This document shows positions 8,171-17,255 of a DNA stretch of 64,000 nucleotides, one piece after another. The notes beneath the pieces were generated by a model, which saw only the letters and a program-made list of their open reading frames with translations, did no database searches and had not been told where the DNA came from. This DNA comes from Elusimicrobiota bacterium (GTDB lineage Bacteria > Elusimicrobiota > Elusimicrobia > UBA1565 > UBA9628). Every line of letters starts with the position of its first letter. Positions within the stretch are counted from its first letter, which is position 1. Location: positions 256,172-320,171 of the forward strand of contig JACRDQ010000030.1 of NCBI GenBank assembly GCA_016218545.1. The letters are read 5' to 3'. The position numbers and the translations under genes are program-made.

Positions 8171-10285
8171 ATGGAAGAAGACAAGAACAAGAAACTGGCC
8201 TTACGCATCGCCTCGTTGTTGGACGACGTCTCGGAAACGCCGGAGCCCCGGGGCTCCGGCGCTCCGAGCCAGCCGGTCATCTCGCTGAGACCCGCCGTGG
8301 TGGAGGCCCTCCCCGCGGGCGCGGATCTCGGCTCTCCCGCGGTCCAGGCCCCTTCCGAGGTCCTGGCCTCGCCCGAGGTCGGGTCCGCTGTGATGGATAT
8401 CCTGCCCATCTGGGCTGACCCCGACTTTCCTGCGGAGCAGGCCGTGCCCGCGCCGGCCGAAGGGGCCGCGGCCAGCGCGGCCCCCAAGAGGTCCGTGCTG
8501 GTGGTCGACGATGACCGGGACTACCGGCGGATGGTCCGGGCCCTGCTTTCCGGCAACGGCTATGACGTCTACGAGGCCGAGGATGGGCGCCGGGCTCTGC
8601 AGTTGATCGCGCTGCACCGTCCGGACCTGGTGCTCGTGGACTTCAACATGCCGCGGATGAACGGCTACGAGATGATCCAGGAGGTGCGGAGCCGGTTCGA
8701 GACCCGCGCCATTCCGATCATCATGTTCACCGGCGCTTCCAACCGGAGCCACCTGCGGAGCCTGGGCATGGCTATCTCGGATTTCCTGGAGAAGCCGGTG
8801 TCCAATGTCAGGCTGCTGGAGAGCATCTCCAGCGTGCTCGGCGCGGAGCCGTCTCCCGAGCTCATGGGAGCGGAGTCCGCCCCGTCTCCCCGGATCGTTG
8901 CGCCGCCGAAGGCTCCGGAGACGACGCCGTCCCCGAAAGTCGTCGCAGCCGAAACCATGGCTGAGAAGCCTCCGGCGGCGCCGGCGGAGCCCGCTCCGAC
9001 GGGCCTGCCGCCGGAGCCGCTCGAAGAAGGGGACGAGGACGGGACCGAGCTCCTGCAGATCGAGGAGGAGAAGAAGGAGGAGGAGAGGCAGGAGGTCATC
9101 AGCCTCGAGCACCAGGCCAATGAGTCCCCGGTCATCAGCCAGGTGAACCGCATCCTCGTCAAGGCCGTGGGGATGCGCGCCTCCGACATCCACATCGAGC
9201 CTCAGGAGAAGCACATCACGGTCCGCGTGAGGGTCGACGGCACTCTCAAGCTCCTGTGCACCCTGCCCCTCTCCATCCATCCCCGCCTGAGCGCCCGCAT
9301 CAAGATCATGTCCAGCCTGGTCATCACGGAGAGACGCCTTCCCCAGGACGGGCAGTTCAAGACCCAGATCAGGGGCAGCCGGGTCGAGTTCCGGGTGAGC
9401 ACGCTCCCGTGCCTGCACGGCGAGAAGATCGTCATGCGCATCTTGGGCACCAGCAAGCTCAACGCCGATCTGGCCCAGATGAGCCTCCGTCCCCGCGACC
9501 TGGGCTGCGTGGAGAGGGCGCTCAGGACCCCTCACGGCCTCATCCTCGTGACCGGCCCCACCGGGAGCGGCAAGACCACCACCCTCTACACCATGATCAG
9601 CGTCCTCAACAAGCCCGAAGTCAACATCCTGACCGCCGAGGACCCCGTGGAGTACGAGGTGCCGGACATCTCGCAGGTCAAGGTCCTGCCGTCCATCGGC
9701 CTGACCTTCGAGTCCGCTCTGCGGGCCTTCCTGAGGCAGGACCCGGACATCATGCTCATCGGCGAGATCCGCGACCTGGAGACGGCCAACATCGCGGTCA
9801 AGGCCTCTATCACCGGACACCTGGTCTTCTCCACCCTGCATACCAACGGCGCCGTCGCCACCGTGACGAGGCTCGTCCACATGGGGGTGGCGCCCTATCT
9901 CGTCGCGGCCAGCGTCAAGCTCGTGGCGGCCCAGCGCCTGGTCCGGGACCTCTGCCCGTCCTGCAAGGTCCCCGGCGAGGTCTCCGACGACGAGAAGAAG
10001 TTCCTCGCGGAGGAGGAGGTCGCCAGGCTCCGATCCGTCTGGCGGAGCGCGGGGTGTCCCGCCTGCCATCAGACGGGGTACTCGGGGCGCTCGGCCCTCT
10101 TCGAGATCATGCCCCTGGACTCGGCGGCCATGCGCCAGCTCATCTGCGCCGGAGACAAGGCGGAGGAGCTCAACCGTCTGGCCCTTGCGGAGGGCATGAC
10201 CACCCTGCGGCAAGCCGCCTTGGAGGCGGTGGCGCGGGGCACGACCTCGTTGAGCGAGGCGCTCAAGGTCATGCTGGGGGGATGA
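8171..10285 (+). CDS. GspE/PilB-family secretion ATPase with an N-terminal disordered segment and a receiver (REC) domain
   Basis: The REC domain is VLVVDDDRDYRRMV..DLVLVDFNMPRMNGYE..EKP. The ATPase core has SDIHIEP, Walker A GPTGSGKTTT, DIMLIGEIRD, and the tetracysteine CPSC..CPAC. The start could instead be the TTG at 8138; the ATG at 8171 is used here. Confidence 0.8.
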   Translation: MEEDKNKKLALRIASLLDDVSETPEPRGSGAPSQPVISLRPAVVEALPAGADLGSPAVQAPSEVLASPEVGSAVMDILPIWADPDFPAEQAVPAPAEGAAASAAPKRSVLVVDDDRDYRRMVRALLSGNGYDVYEAEDGRRALQLIALHRPDLVLVDFNMPRMNGYEMIQEVRSRFETRAIPIIMFTGASNRSHLRSLGMAISDFLEKPVSNVRLLESISSVLGAEPSPELMGAESAPSPRIVAPPKAPETTPSPKVVAAETMAEKPPAAPAEPAPTGLPPEPLEEGDEDGTELLQIEEEKKEEERQEVISLEHQANESPVISQVNRILVKAVGMRASDIHIEPQEKHITVRVRVDGTLKLLCTLPLSIHPRLSARIKIMSSLVITERRLPQDGQFKTQIRGSRVEFRVSTLPCLHGEKIVMRILGTSKLNADLAQMSLRPRDLGCVERALRTPHGLILVTGPTGSGKTTTLYTMISVLNKPEVNILTAEDPVEYEVPDISQVKVLPSIGLTFESALRAFLRQDPDIMLIGEIRDLETANIAVKASITGHLVFSTLHTNGAVATVTRLVHMGVAPYLVAASVKLVAAQRLVRDLCPSCKVPGEVSDDEKKFLAEEEVARLRSVWRSAGCPACHQTGYSGRSALFEIMPLDSAAMRQLICAGDKAEELNRLALAEGMTTLRQAALEAVARGTTSLSEALKVMLGG

Positions 10286-10286
10286 T

Positions 10287-11048
10287 ATGCCCGGCATGCC
10301 GTTGGTCGAGGCCTTTCGGGGCGACCTCACGACCCAGGAGCTCTGTCGTCGGGGACGCCTCAAGCTCAGGCGTTTCGATCCTCCCGGCTACGCGGAGGCC
10401 GTCGCCTTCTTCTCGGACGCGCGGGAAGGCGATCCGGAGTGCGCGGTCTCCGTGGCCGCCCTGGCCGAAGCCTACTCGCACTGGGGTTTCGCGAGGAAGC
10501 TCATAGGGCAGGAGAGCGAGAGCTATTTCCTCCTGGCTTTCGAGAACGCCTGCTTGGCGCTGGAGATGGCCCCTGAACTCGCCGAGACGCACCGGGCCAT
10601 GGCCGTCTGCCTGAGGCACCGGCCGCGCCGCGGCCCCGAGCAGGGACTCGCCGAGGCGTCGGCAGCGGTGAGGATCAACCCTTACGACGCCATGTCCTGC
10701 TACGAGCTCTGGCGGGCGATGGGCCATGACCCCGAGTCACCCATGATCCACAAGGCCCTGGCGCTCGATCCCGCGCTGCTGACCGTCAACAATGACCTGG
10801 CGGTGTCGCTCATGGAAGCGGAGCGCGCCCAAGAGGCCGGCTTCCATCTGCGCCAGTGCCTGCGGGTCAATTACGAGAACGCGGTGGCCCGATACAACAT
10901 GGTCCTGCTCCTCGCCTGCCGCGGCAAGACCGAGCAGGCGCAGACCCTGCTCGAGGCCTGGCTGAAGGGGCCCGATTTCGAGCCGCTGGTGCGCAGCGGG
11001 AACGCGTCGCTGGCTGACCCGCGCTCCACGGGGGGGATCCTCTTATGA
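10287..11048 (+). CDS. TPR-like repeat protein
   Basis: A helical repeat protein whose start is coupled to the GspE stop and whose end overlaps the kinase start. Confidence 0.55.
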   Translation: MPGMPLVEAFRGDLTTQELCRRGRLKLRRFDPPGYAEAVAFFSDAREGDPECAVSVAALAEAYSHWGFARKLIGQESESYFLLAFENACLALEMAPELAETHRAMAVCLRHRPRRGPEQGLAEASAAVRINPYDAMSCYELWRAMGHDPESPMIHKALALDPALLTVNNDLAVSLMEAERAQEAGFHLRQCLRVNYENAVARYNMVLLLACRGKTEQAQTLLEAWLKGPDFEPLVRSGNASLADPRSTGGILL

Positions 11049-13216
11049 ATCGCTTCCAATCTCCGAGCCAAGATGCCGGGGGCAAGACGCCCGATCAACT
11101 CGGCGCAGAGTTCGTCCTCGAGTTGGGAAGGGCCGTCAAGGTCGTGTCCCTGTACTACGCGAACCACCCGACCGCCCTTCAGACCCTCCGGCAAGTCCAC
11201 GCCATCCTGGAGCGGCTGTTGACCGGCCTTTCCGCGGGGCGCGTCACCTTCTCCCTGGCGGCCGGACGCTGGCTCAGGGATGGTTCCCCCCTGCCTGCCC
11301 CGGGTCCGGGCGCGGACTCCCTGCTCGGCGTGTTCGAGACCCACTCCATCGAGAGCCTCACCTTCCTGGGAGGCATCAGGCCCTTCGAGCTGGTCGCTCT
11401 GGCCGAGGTCGCGGCTTCCGTCCCGACGCGTCCGGGCCGCGCCGCGCTCCAGGAGTTCCTCCAGCAGAGAGGAGTGACCCACATCAAAGCGGACATCGAG
11501 CACTATTCCAAGGAGTCGGCTCCGCAGGGCTCGGACGGTTCCCTGGCGTCCGGCTTGCCGGCCGCCTCCTCGTCCGCTGCCAAGCCCCCTGTCGCGCCTT
11601 CCGTTCTCAGGCCTGCCGCGCCTGCGCCCGCTGGCAAGCCTTCAGCGCCTGCGTCCGCTGCCAAGCCCTCCGCGCCTGCGCCCGCTGGCAAGCCTTCGTC
11701 GCCTGCGCCCGCTGCCAAGCCCTCCGCGCCTGCGCCCGCTGGCAAGCCTTCGTCGCCTGCGCCCGCTGCCAAGCCCTCCGCGCCTGCGTCTGCTGCCAAG
11801 CTTGCCGCGCCGTCGCCTTCGGTCGCTCACAGCGTCCCGGCGCAGCCTCCCAAGCCGGCTCTCCCGCCCGTAGAGGTCCGTGCCTCCGCGGCCGGGATGT
11901 GGGGCCCGCCGTCGAGCCCTGCTCCCGACTCTCACGGGGACAGGCTTGGCGTCAGTTTCGGCAGCGTGCTTCGCAAGCTCGTGGAGACCGCGGTGCAGGA
12001 TCCCGACGAGAGGTCCCACATCTACGAGGACGTGGTGGCCATGGTCAAGGAGACCTTGGACCGCCACGTCGACCAGGCGACGCAGGCGCTCTCGGAGGAG
12101 AAGGCGCGCATCGTCAGGCAGGCCGCCAGGACCGAACGGGTGCTCACCACGGTGGCGGACGGAAAGTTCACCGTGGATAAAGAGGGAAGGGTCCTCATGA
12201 TGAACGCCAGCGCCGAGATGATCACGGGAAAGCGTCTGGCCGACCTCGCGGGCAAGCACATCACCGAGGGCGTCAAGGAGGGGGAGCACATGGTCGCGCT
12301 CGCCGAGGACCTGGCGTCCCCGGCCGTGGACGGAGCAGGGGTCACGGTCGTGGCCGATGAGGCGGTGGGCGGCGCCATGCGCCGCTCCCTGGCCCTGGTC
12401 CGAGACGACGCGGGCCGCGTGGTCGGCACGTACGCCTCCCTCCCCGACGCCGCCAAGTTCAAGGAAGCCCAGCGCCTGCAGGAGGAGTTCCTCTCCCGGG
12501 TGACGCACGACCTCCAGTCCCCGCTGGCCGCCATCTGCAGCGGACTCGAGCTCCTCGCGGACAAGGTCAGCTCCGTGGGCGGTCCCGAGACGGCCCAGTA
12601 CATCGACATCTGCATGCGCAACAGCCGTCACCTCTCGGGGATGATCCGCGAGATCCTCGATTTCTCGAAGCTCGACTCGGGCAAGATGACGGTGCACCCG
12701 GCCCCTGTCTCGGCCTCAAGCCTCCTCAAGGAGGCGGTGGAGAGCCTCCAGCCCTGGGCCAAGACCAGGAAGCTCCGCCTGGAAGCGCGTTCTGCCCACG
12801 CGGATTTCTCGGTGCTGGCGGACCAGCCGCGCGTCGTCCAGGTGCTGACCAACCTCATCTCGAACGCGGTCAAGTCCACAAAGGAAGGGGGCTCGATCAC
12901 CGTGGCGGCGGTCCCGGCAGCGGAGGACGGGCAGGGGATCTTCGCGGTGAAGGACACGGGGAGCGGGATCTCCCCTGAGGACCTCGGCCGCATCTTCGAG
13001 AAGTTCGTCCAGGTCGGGGACGGCCGCAGGGACGGGGTGGGACTCGGGCTTTCCATCGTCCAGGAGTTCGTCCGATTGCACGGCGGCGCGGTCTGGGCCG
13101 AGAGCGAGCCCGGCAAGGGTTCGGTGTTCTACTTCACGCTCCCCTTGTCGCAAGCCGGAGTCATCGGCCCCGCGGCGCAGGAGGTCCTGCCGCCTTCGGG
13201 GCGGCCCCGGCACTGA
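11045..13216 (+). CDS. Sensor histidine kinase with an N-terminal domain, a Pro/Ala-rich repeat linker, a PAS-like region, HisKA and HATPase_c
   Basis: H-box SRVTHDLQSPLAAI, N-box NLISNAVKST, and G-boxes DTGSGI and GVGLGLSIV. It shares an operon with the regulator, the REC-GspE fusion and the TPR protein. Confidence 0.8.
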   Translation: MNRFQSPSQDAGGKTPDQLGAEFVLELGRAVKVVSLYYANHPTALQTLRQVHAILERLLTGLSAGRVTFSLAAGRWLRDGSPLPAPGPGADSLLGVFETHSIESLTFLGGIRPFELVALAEVAASVPTRPGRAALQEFLQQRGVTHIKADIEHYSKESAPQGSDGSLASGLPAASSSAAKPPVAPSVLRPAAPAPAGKPSAPASAAKPSAPAPAGKPSSPAPAAKPSAPAPAGKPSSPAPAAKPSAPASAAKLAAPSPSVAHSVPAQPPKPALPPVEVRASAAGMWGPPSSPAPDSHGDRLGVSFGSVLRKLVETAVQDPDERSHIYEDVVAMVKETLDRHVDQATQALSEEKARIVRQAARTERVLTTVADGKFTVDKEGRVLMMNASAEMITGKRLADLAGKHITEGVKEGEHMVALAEDLASPAVDGAGVTVVADEAVGGAMRRSLALVRDDAGRVVGTYASLPDAAKFKEAQRLQEEFLSRVTHDLQSPLAAICSGLELLADKVSSVGGPETAQYIDICMRNSRHLSGMIREILDFSKLDSGKMTVHPAPVSASSLLKEAVESLQPWAKTRKLRLEARSAHADFSVLADQPRVVQVLTNLISNAVKSTKEGGSITVAAVPAAEDGQGIFAVKDTGSGISPEDLGRIFEKFVQVGDGRRDGVGLGLSIVQEFVRLHGGAVWAESEPGKGSVFYFTLPLSQAGVIGPAAQEVLPPSGRPRH
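11630..11819 (+). repeat. Seven tandem 27-nt units, including a perfect 54-bp duplication, encoding (A/G)KPS(A/S)PAPA inside the kinase gene
   Basis: Segments 11658-11711 and 11712-11765 are identical in sequence. Flanking units are degenerate copies. Confidence 0.7.
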
Positions 13217-13298
13217 CGCTCCCGGCCGGCCCGGCGCGGGCCTCCGGGCGACGTCATTGCGGGGGCGGGAACAAGTATGTTACCTTGAAGCCTCCCGC

Positions 13299-14021
13299 AT
13301 GAGCGATACCTGGTACCAGGAACTGGCCCTCCAGTTCGAGGACGGCACGACGGAGTCCGTTTTCCTGGACATGACCCGCAGCGGCAGGCACAAGCCGCGC
13401 GTGGCGGCCATGCCCGCCCCGTGGACGAAGCTGGAGTTCGAGCGCTGCCCGAGCTGCACGCTTCCTCCGGAGGCGGGCTGGTGCCCGGCCGCCCTCTCGC
13501 TGGAGGAGACCATCTCCAGGCTGAGCCAGCGGACCTCCATCGAGATCGTCACCGCGACCTCGGTGGACAGCGAGAACCGCTGTACGACCGTGAAGTGGCC
13601 CCTCCAGCAGGTGGGAGCGGCCTTCGTCCAGATCGCGGTCTTCTCCAGCGGGTGTCCGGTGGGAGCGCAGTTCCGGTCCATGCTCCAGGACCTGCGGCCC
13701 TTCTCCACGACCAAGGAGGTCGGCCGCCACATCGTGCTCAAGCACCTGCTGCGCCACGCCGGCTCGGTCGATGGGGCCAAGGCCGCGGTCCTCGCGAGGC
13801 TGGGGCCGCTCCGGGAGGTCTTCGGTCAGCTCTTCAAGCGCATCCAGGGCATCCCCCGCGGGGCCTCCCAGGACGCCATCCCGAACTCGATCGTGCACGT
13901 GCACGCCATGACCCAGCATCTGGAGCTCATGGTGGAGGACCTCGTGGAGGACCTCCTCAGGGAGACCCAGGTGCCGCCGACTCCGCAGCCCAAGAAGCCT
14001 CCGCCGGATCCGTCGACTTGA
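13299..14021 (+). CDS. Hypothetical protein with CPSC..WCPAA and GCPVG cysteine motifs
   Basis: MSDTWYQELALQFEDG... has no domain I recognise. The track's TTG start at 13257 is less likely than the ATG at 13299. Confidence 0.4.
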   Translation: MSDTWYQELALQFEDGTTESVFLDMTRSGRHKPRVAAMPAPWTKLEFERCPSCTLPPEAGWCPAALSLEETISRLSQRTSIEIVTATSVDSENRCTTVKWPLQQVGAAFVQIAVFSSGCPVGAQFRSMLQDLRPFSTTKEVGRHIVLKHLLRHAGSVDGAKAAVLARLGPLREVFGQLFKRIQGIPRGASQDAIPNSIVHVHAMTQHLELMVEDLVEDLLRETQVPPTPQPKKPPPDPST

Positions 14022-15177
14022 ACTTCCGCTGGTTGTAGTCCGCCCGCGTCACCGTGATGAACCTCTTGGTGGTGTCGCCCTTGTGGTCGAAGACGATCGT
14101 CCCCATCATGCTCTCGTGGCGGATCTCCCTGAGGACGTCGAGGAGCGGCTTGCGGCGCTCGAGCGAGACGGCCAGGGCCGAGACGACCAGGCGTCCCGCC
14201 TCGTAGGCGTAGTGGTCGAAGGTCCTCGGCCCGGCGCCGCCCTCGGGGCGCTCCCGCCGGTAGCGCTCGACGAAGTCCCCGGCGCTGGGCAGGTGCTCCA
14301 CCGGGATGCCGCCCACCGTGAAGTACGCTCCGTGGACCGCGGGGCCGGCGATCTTGAAGATCTCGGGGGCCTTGGCGCCGTCGCCGGTCATGAAGGCTGC
14401 GGTCATGCCCTGGCCGCGCGCCTCCTTGACGATGCGCCCGGCCTCGTTGTAGTCCCCGCCGAAGAAGATGCCGTCCGGCTTGAACCGGGAGGCCCACTCG
14501 ACGACTTCCCTGAAATCCGCGGCGCCCTTGGCCACGGCCTCGGCCGCCACCACGCGGCCTCCCTTCTCCGTGAAGCGCTTGGAGAACTCCTCGGACAGGC
14601 CGCGGCCGTAGGCGGTGCCGTCGTGGAGGACCGCGAAGGCCCTGAGGTTGAGGCGGTCGTAGGCGAACTCCGCGGTGAAGGAGCCCTGGATGTCGTCGGC
14701 AGGCGGCAGGCGGAAGACCACGCGGGGCCAGGACCAGTCCGGCTTGGTCTGCTGGACCGTGAGTTCCGGGTTCGTGGCCGAGGGGGTGATCATGGGGATC
14801 CCGGCCTTGGCGTAGACGCGGGAGGCGGCCAAAGAGCAGCCCGAGGTGAGGTGGCCCACCACGGCCTTGACCTTCGGGTCGGCGGCGATGCGCTCCGCCA
14901 CCCGCACGGCCTCCTCGGGCCGGGCCTGGTCGTCGAAGGCGCTGACCTCGATGCGGGTGGGGGGGAACTCGATGGGCTTGGCCTCGGCTGCGGCCATGCG
15001 CACCGCGGCCAGGAGGCCCTCGCCGTCGGCCGCCAATGGGCCGCTCAGGGGTGCTGCCACCGCGATGCGGACCGTCTTGGGCTCCCCGCCGCCGCAGGCC
15101 GCCAGCAGGGCCGCGAGCGCCAGGGCCTTGGCCCAGGCTGGCTGCGGCCGGCCGGCGGGGCGGGGGGGAGGCTTCAT
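13957..15177 (-). CDS. Periplasmic substrate-binding lipoprotein of the LivJ/LivK branched-chain amino acid family (Peripla_BP_6)
   Basis: A signal peptide and lipobox (LAALLAACGGG), then VRIAVAAPLSGPLAADGEG..KVKAVVGHLTSG..AGIPMITPSATNPELT. No permease or ATPase genes are adjacent. Confidence 0.8.
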   Translation of the reverse strand: MKPPPRPAGRPQPAWAKALALAALLAACGGGEPKTVRIAVAAPLSGPLAADGEGLLAAVRMAAAEAKPIEFPPTRIEVSAFDDQARPEEAVRVAERIAADPKVKAVVGHLTSGCSLAASRVYAKAGIPMITPSATNPELTVQQTKPDWSWPRVVFRLPPADDIQGSFTAEFAYDRLNLRAFAVLHDGTAYGRGLSEEFSKRFTEKGGRVVAAEAVAKGAADFREVVEWASRFKPDGIFFGGDYNEAGRIVKEARGQGMTAAFMTGDGAKAPEIFKIAGPAVHGAYFTVGGIPVEHLPSAGDFVERYRRERPEGGAGPRTFDHYAYEAGRLVVSALAVSLERRKPLLDVLREIRHESMMGTIVFDHKGDTTKRFITVTRADYNQRKFKSTDPAEASWAAESAAPGSP

Positions 15178-15710
15178 CCCCTCAGGTAGAACCTCAGGTT
15201 CTCGACGAGGTCCACGGCCTTGCCGAGCTGGTACTGGCAGGACTCGAGCTCCTTGGCCAGCGAGTCCTCGGGGAGGCTCGCGCGCGCCTCCTCGGCCAGG
15301 AGTTTCAGCGAGGCCCCGGCGTTGACGAGGAGGCTCTTGAGCTCCCGGGTCATGACCGAGGCCGTCTGGTTGGCCGACTCCTCGCGCCGGGTCTGGTCGA
15401 GCGCGGTGTCGAAGGCCGTCTTCTGGGCCTGGGCCGCGGTCTCCTCGACCTCGGAGACCTTCATCCTGGAGGCGATGAGCGCGGCGTGCTCGCGCTCGAG
15501 GTCCCGGCGGACCTCGACGAGCTGGCTCTCGCAGCGCGCGACCTTGGCCCGGAGCTTGCCGATGAGCGCCTCGCGCTGGCGGATCGGGTCGAGGAGCTTG
15601 CGGATGCGCTCGACCGGGCCGCGGAGCGACTGGGGCAGGCGGCTGGAGAGCTCCTTGAGCGCGGCGTCGGCCCTCTCGAGCGCGGCCTGGCTGAACGCCA
15701 TGTTCATATT
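15174..15710 (-). CDS. Coiled-coil hypothetical protein
   Basis: MNMAFSQAALERADAALKEL... is predicted helical throughout. Its stop overlaps the substrate-binding protein start (ATGA). Confidence 0.45.
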   Translation of the reverse strand, partial: NMNMAFSQAALERADAALKELSSRLPQSLRGPVERIRKLLDPIRQREALIGKLRAKVARCESQLVEVRRDLEREHAALIASRMKVSEVEETAAQAQKTAFDTALDQTRREESANQTASVMTRELKSLLVNAGASLKLLAEEARASLPEDSLAKELESCQYQLGKAVDLVENLRFYLRG

Positions 15711-15839
15711 ATGGCAAAAATACCCGGGAAAATGGGGAAAAGCCCGCCGGGTCGGGAAAAACATGATTTCCGTCATTTGAATTAAACGTCCCAAACGGAT
15801 AAAATATGTTTTGCCCTTGAGTTCTTCCGGGGCCTTCCA

Positions 15840-16805
15840 GTGCCGACCCGAACGCAGACGACGACCAGCCTCGAGGCTTCCCTGGGACGGGTGCGCGCAG
15901 GCATGCAAGCCCGCGCCAAGCGCATCTCCGGCCGCGTGGGCTCCGCCCTGGCCGAGCACGTGTCCCGGCCGGGCAAGATGCTCCGGGCGAGGTTCGCGGT
16001 CCAGGTCGGGGCCGCCCTCGGGGTGGCGCCGGGAAAGACCGAGACGGTCGCCCGCGCCATGGAGCTGGCGCACAACGCCTCTCTCCTCCACGACGATTGC
16101 GTCGACGACGCCTCCCTGCGTCGGGGCCTGCCCACGCCCAACAGCGTCTACGGCTCGACCGTGGCGCTCCTCCTGGGGGACATCGCCTTCACCCAGTCGC
16201 TCGAGGAGGCGCTCGAACTCGGCCCCAAGGCCGTGGAGCGCCTCGTGAGCGCGGCGCGCGAGATGGCCATCGGCGAGCTCCAGGAGGAGTTCCTGCGCGG
16301 CTCCGTGGACGTGACCCTCGAGTCCTACATGGGGGTCGCGGCGCGCAAGACCGGGGCCCTCTTCGAGTGGGGCGGCTTGACGCTCTCGGACCTAAGCCCC
16401 CTCGAGCACGCGGCCGCCGACCCCGCCAGGCTGGGCTCGGCGCTCGGCATCCTCCTGCAGATGGTCGACGACATCCACGACTACACCCTGACGGACGCCG
16501 TGGCCGGCAAGGAGCGGGCCAAGGACGCCAAGATCGGGCGCGTGACCCTTCCCGGGGTCTTTGCGCTCGCGGACGCCTCCCGCCGGGGGCGCTTCCTCGA
16601 GTTGTGGGCCGCGCTGCGCCGGGACCCGCGCGCCGCCTCGGACCTGGCGCGCTTCCTCGACGAGAGCGGGTCGCTCGACGAGGCCCGCGCCGAGTGCCGC
16701 AAGGTGGTCGGGACCATCCTCGAGCTGACCCGGCGCCTGCCGGTCCGGGGAGAGGTCGACGAGGTGGCCGAGTTCGTCTCGGCCATGGCCGAGAGGGAAT
16801 TCTGA
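15840..16805 (+). CDS. Trans-polyprenyl diphosphate synthase (IspB/hepta- or octaprenyl-PP synthase family), or possibly a ComQ-like isoprenyl transferase
   Basis: GTG start. First Asp-rich motif LLHDDCVDDASLRRG, second motif MVDDIHDY, and GKERAKDAKIGRVTLP. It is the first gene of the radical-SAM operon. Confidence 0.85.
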   Translation: MPTRTQTTTSLEASLGRVRAGMQARAKRISGRVGSALAEHVSRPGKMLRARFAVQVGAALGVAPGKTETVARAMELAHNASLLHDDCVDDASLRRGLPTPNSVYGSTVALLLGDIAFTQSLEEALELGPKAVERLVSAAREMAIGELQEEFLRGSVDVTLESYMGVAARKTGALFEWGGLTLSDLSPLEHAAADPARLGSALGILLQMVDDIHDYTLTDAVAGKERAKDAKIGRVTLPGVFALADASRRGRFLELWAALRRDPRAASDLARFLDESGSLDEARAECRKVVGTILELTRRLPVRGEVDEVAEFVSAMAEREF

Positions 16806-17002
16806 TGGGCTACGCCGACCTCATCCGGCGGGCCTGGCGGACCGGGCGCTTCGCCGCCTCGGTCCGGTCGTCCGGGAAGAAGGGCGCCGCGGGCGTCCGT
16901 CCCGGGGAGAGCCGCGGCTCCATCCGCGGCGAGATGGAAGAGATCGTCCGCCGCGAGTCCGCCGACGCGCTCGGCTTCCTCGCGCCGCGCGGGGAGGGAA
17001 TC

Positions 17003-17254
17003 ATGAAGCTCGCACCGTTCGTGAAATTCCGTGAAGAGAAGTTCGGCGCGGTCCTGTTCGAGACCCGTTCCGAGAAGGTGTTCACCCTCAATCCGACGGC
17101 CGCGGACGTGGTGCGGGAGCTCCTCGCCGGCGCCTCGGAGGGCGAGATCGGAGAGCGCCTCAAGGGCCGCTACAGCGACCCCTCGGGCAGGCTCGCCGAC
17201 GAGGCCAAGGCCCTCGTGCGCCAGCTCCGCGACAAGGGGCTCATCGCGGACTAG
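17003..17254 (+). CDS. PqqD-family peptide chaperone (RiPP recognition element)
   Basis: MKLAPFVKFREEKFGAVLFETRSEKVFTLNPTAADVVRELLAGASEGEIGERL..LRDKGLI has the PqqD/MftB pattern. A strong SD (GGGGAGGG) sits 5 nt upstream of the ATG at 17003. The in-frame extension back to 16805 is possible but less likely. Confidence 0.7.
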   Translation: MKLAPFVKFREEKFGAVLFETRSEKVFTLNPTAADVVRELLAGASEGEIGERLKGRYSDPSGRLADEAKALVRQLRDKGLIAD

Positions 17255-17255
17255 C

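Noticed and set aside
8201-10363. 720-aa minus-strand ORF spanning the REC-GspE gene
   Set aside because: It is antisense to a gene with unambiguous Walker A/B and tetracysteine motifs. It has no domain and an extreme Arg/Gly/Asp bias.
11503-11799. 98-aa (GAGAEGLAA)n ORF
   Set aside because: It is the reverse complement of the 27-nt tandem repeat inside the histidine kinase gene.
16097-17254. 385-aa track ORF covering the 3' half of the polyprenyl synthase and the PqqD-like gene
   Set aside because: Its 5' part is an alternative frame over the polyprenyl synthase and is Arg/Pro-rich. Only the C-terminal 84 to 150 aa, the PqqD-like domain, is credible, preceded by a strong SD at 16993.
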